A DNA stretch of 20,000 bases from an uncultured virus (IMG/VR IMGVR_UViG_3300044701_001985) (lineage: Duplodnaviria; Heunggongvirae; Uroviricota; Caudoviricetes): IMG/VR virus record IMGVR_UViG_3300044701_001985, one strand, 5' to 3'. Position 1 is the first letter of the stretch, and each line of letters starts with the position of its first letter. The notes under the pieces are model-generated. The model saw nothing but the letters and a program-made list of their open reading frames with translations. It had not been told where the DNA came from and did not search any database. This document shows, piece after piece, positions 16,998 through 20,000 of the stretch. The translations under genes were made by a program, and so were the position numbers.

Positions 16998-18608
16998 ATG
17001 CCAAGAAATTACAACGCTGTAAGAACACAAAAGGCATTACCGATTGGTTCGGTAATGCCTTGGACTGGCCAATTAACAAGAATACCTAAAGGGTGGCTAT
17101 TATGTAATGGAGCTGAATTAAGAGCTGATGAATATCCTCTATTAGCTAGAATTTTAAAAGACAGTTACGGTGGTACTGGATTTGATGGATCATTTCCAGA
17201 TTATGAAGGCACTTTCAGATTGCCGATTGTTAATCAAAAAACTCTTGCCGATATTGGTCCAGAGCATTTTAATGCCAGTGCTAGCATAGCTCCTTCTTCT
17301 ATTGATGATAGTGCTGCTGCCAACATAGTTACTGAATTTATGGGGGATGACGGTGATTTAGGACCACCATCATCATTTTTTGCTACAACTGATATTAATT
17401 TTACCTATACTCCAGATCCAGACGGTTTTATTGCTTCGTACACAACAACTGGATCTGGAACTGCTGGTGGGTCTACTCAAGTATTTAAAAATATTTCTTC
17501 TACTGGTGGAACTGGAGAAGGAGCAATATTTAATGTTATTGTTGCAAGTGATGGAGCATATTCTGTAGCTATTAAAGATAAAGGAGAAGGTTATACTCAA
17601 GGAGATACTTTAACAATTAGTGGTTCTCTTATTGGCGGCGGTGGAGATGTTACTATTACAGTTGATGCCATAGGAAATTCATATTTTCAAGGAACAATAG
17701 AAGGACAAACTTTTATTGGTGGTTTTGATGTGAGATCTGTATACGTTGTCCCTCGTAAGCTAGGCAGAAATCATATGCCTCAGCACGTTCACCCAGGAAC
17801 ATACGAAACAATCAATAAAAATGATTCCGACACTCAGCCTGGAACGGGTGTTGGTGTTTGGGATAACCCACAGATATTCTTATCTCAGACATACAGACAA
17901 AACAATGGATGTCCAAATGACTTCTGTTTTAATAATAATTGTGATCCAGATGGTCCTTTAGAAAGCACTGGTATTGCTAATTATTGGGGAGATCAAACAG
18001 GGGAAAATAGTAATCAAGCTACGGTTGGATCATCTAATAGTCCATTTACTCAAGGTTATGGTAGATATGCTTTGGCAGTCATTGGTGGATCAAAGCCAGC
18101 AAGAACACACTCACCTATTCAAACAAGTGCTGCTTCTCATGGTGTAGGAAAACCTTGGTTTACATCTGCCAAAAAATTAAGATCAAGAGCATCAGGAGAA
18201 ACAGAAACGTCCGACTTAATAAATATTAGAACAAGTGGAAGATTAAACGTTAATAGCATTCTTCCTTTTGCTGATGATGTTTCTCCGATTAAACAACCTA
18301 ATTATGATTCTGGTGGAGGTGGTAGCGATTTAGCAGATAATTTTAAAAAAACTTTGTATAATAATGCTGCTGTTAGCTTTACGGTTACAACTAAAAATGA
18401 TTCTACTATAAATGATGTTATTGAACCACACGATCACGAAGGTGAATTTTTGGTGACATATGACCCAGGAAATTTAAACATCAAAGATTTTATTTCTGTT
18501 GATTGCCAACCAAATGTTATTCCTGATAATGTTCCCGAAGCTTTACAGATAGCTTTTACTTTAACTTCGCCATCTTTATCAGTAACAAATTTAATTAGAG
18601 CATATTAA
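16998..18608 (+). CDS. Tail-collar-domain protein (short tail fibre/baseplate wedge-like)
   Basis: PIGSVMPW...IPKGWLLCNG...YPLLARIL...YGG...FRLP collar motif; HxH motifs (QHVH, PHDH); terminal LIRAY. Confidence 0.85.
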   Translation: MPRNYNAVRTQKALPIGSVMPWTGQLTRIPKGWLLCNGAELRADEYPLLARILKDSYGGTGFDGSFPDYEGTFRLPIVNQKTLADIGPEHFNASASIAPSSIDDSAAANIVTEFMGDDGDLGPPSSFFATTDINFTYTPDPDGFIASYTTTGSGTAGGSTQVFKNISSTGGTGEGAIFNVIVASDGAYSVAIKDKGEGYTQGDTLTISGSLIGGGGDVTITVDAIGNSYFQGTIEGQTFIGGFDVRSVYVVPRKLGRNHMPQHVHPGTYETINKNDSDTQPGTGVGVWDNPQIFLSQTYRQNNGCPNDFCFNNNCDPDGPLESTGIANYWGDQTGENSNQATVGSSNSPFTQGYGRYALAVIGGSKPARTHSPIQTSAASHGVGKPWFTSAKKLRSRASGETETSDLINIRTSGRLNVNSILPFADDVSPIKQPNYDSGGGGSDLADNFKKTLYNNAAVSFTVTTKNDSTINDVIEPHDHEGEFLVTYDPGNLNIKDFISVDCQPNVIPDNVPEALQIAFTLTSPSLSVTNLIRAY

Positions 18609-18609
18609 T

Positions 18610-19491
18610 ATGGCTAAGTATTATACTAGAGAAAAAGCAAAATTTGGTGGAATTACAGGTTTAATCATGCCTTTTATGATTAAATTGCCAGATGTAAATA
18701 TCCCAGATCAGGCAGAATGGAGAGAATTTTTGCCTGCTGGATATTTAAGATGTGATGGAAGTATTCTTTCTGCTAGTGTGTATCCAGAATTAGCCGTTGT
18801 ATTGGGAACTGGTAATAATTGTAAATTTGCCAAAGAACAAGATATTCTAACTGATAATCAATTTCAATTGCCAGATTTGGGTTCAAAATATATTAGATGT
18901 GCTAATTCATCTGGGCAATATTTAAATACTACTTTAGATCAAGATCAAACAACATTAAAAGTAGGTGCTGAAACAATCATTCAATCTTTGGTAGGAGATT
19001 CTGTAACAATTAGATATGGTGGTAATTTTGAAGTCATTGGACAAGAAAATGCTTTTGGCGGAAACCCGATTTATAAAACTTCTACTGGTGCCACTTTAAA
19101 TGCTCCACTGTCAGAAGAAAATTTTCAGGCTCACGGTCATGATGCTGATGTTGGTGTATTTACTTACCTAGGAAATTGGACAGACTCTTCATTTATCCAA
19201 TTTACTGGTGGAGGAAAAGGTGGTAACGATGCTCAAACGGAAGGATCTAACGTTCTCATAACAATTGAACCTCCAGATGGCGCTGGTTTTACTGTAGATC
19301 ACACTCACGGAATACAATTACCAGCATCAAAAGAATTAAAAGATAATACAACTTTTGCATATGAATTTTTTAACACTCAGATAGCAGCTGACGGATTAGA
19401 AAGTGAAGTTATTATTACTACAGAAAACGTTAAAAAACTTGATACTGCTATTTCTCCTTATATGATGGTAGAATTTATTATCAAAATTTGA
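18610..19491 (+). CDS. Second tail-collar-domain protein
   Basis: GLIMPF...LPAGYLRCDGS...YPELAVVLG...FQLPDLGSK; HxH motifs (AHGH, DHTH); terminal PYMMVEFIIKI. Confidence 0.85.
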   Translation: MAKYYTREKAKFGGITGLIMPFMIKLPDVNIPDQAEWREFLPAGYLRCDGSILSASVYPELAVVLGTGNNCKFAKEQDILTDNQFQLPDLGSKYIRCANSSGQYLNTTLDQDQTTLKVGAETIIQSLVGDSVTIRYGGNFEVIGQENAFGGNPIYKTSTGATLNAPLSEENFQAHGHDADVGVFTYLGNWTDSSFIQFTGGGKGGNDAQTEGSNVLITIEPPDGAGFTVDHTHGIQLPASKELKDNTTFAYEFFNTQIAADGLESEVIITTENVKKLDTAISPYMMVEFIIKI

Positions 19492-19497
19492 TAACAG

Positions 19498-20000
19498 ATG
19501 TCTAGAACTAACGTAAGTAATACTTATACTGGCAATTCTGCTGTTAGCATTCCAAGCAATGCTGATGCTGTAACCATTACTATTGCTGGCGCTAGAGGAG
19601 GTAACGGCGGTGTTGATGGCGGCAGTAGTGGTGGTCCTGGTGCTGGAGGAAGAAGAGGCGTTTTTAGGTACATTACTAATTTTGTAAATAGAAACATAAC
19701 TGTAGTTATTGGTGCTATTGGTAACAATGGAGCTAATAATGCTACAGGAACTGGTGGCGGTGCTGGTGGATCTAGTAGCCTTGCTTCTGGCGGAAGAGGA
19801 GGCAATGCTGGTGGAGGTAGAGGTTATTCTGGCGGCGGCGGTGGTGGTGGTGGTGCTACTGGAGTTTTAAATAATTCGGGAACGGCAATTTTAGTTTCTG
19901 GTGGCGGTGGAGGCGGTGGTGGTGCTTCCTGGGATACAAATGCTCAACCTGGGATAGGTGCTGGGGGATGGGCTACATCAGTTGGTGGGTTAAGTGCTGG
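19498..20000 (+). CDS. Glycine-rich tail fibre/adhesin-like protein (3'-truncated by the window)
   Basis: ATG 19498, open to the window end: MSRTNVSNTYTGNSAVSIPSNADAVTITIAGARGGNGG...SGGGGGGGGATG...SGGGGGGGGAS. It is absent from the ORF track because there is no stop in the window. Confidence 0.8.
   Translation, partial: MSRTNVSNTYTGNSAVSIPSNADAVTITIAGARGGNGGVDGGSSGGPGAGGRRGVFRYITNFVNRNITVVIGAIGNNGANNATGTGGGAGGSSSLASGGRGGNAGGGRGYSGGGGGGGGATGVLNNSGTAILVSGGGGGGGGASWDTNAQPGIGAGGWATSVGGLSA

Noticed and set aside
7283..17600. Short alternative-frame and antisense ORFs inside the fibre and collar genes
   Set aside because: Expected by-products of codon bias in long genes.
19524..19805. Pro-rich minus-strand ORF
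   Set aside because: Mirror of the Gly codons (GGN) of the + strand gene starting at 19498.

Overview
AT-rich segment of a T4-like cyanophage (cyanomyovirus), with all real genes on the + strand. It runs: two baseplate-hub/gp5-region structural genes (1-2445); a ~4 kb accessory island (2446-6440); a 3504-aa virion fibre gene; two tail-collar proteins; and a truncated glycine-rich fibre gene. The island holds six tRNA genes, a deformed tRNA-like RNA, a CCA-ended mini-helix, a 2OG-Fe(II) oxygenase, two free-standing endonucleases (HNH and EndoVII type), a T-type phycobilin lyase (cpeT/cpcT-like), and small hypothetical ORFs under sigma70-like and T4-late (TATAAATA) promoters. The main observation is that the giant fibre carries four repeated helical modules resembling phycobiliprotein subunits. 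Three keep a Cys84-like bilin-attachment motif (KCxRDIGY/F...GG) and all four keep a candidate beta-155-like Cys. The bilin lyase lies ~1.2 kb upstream, which raises the hypothesis of a chromophorylated virion protein. All assignments are by eye; no database search was run.
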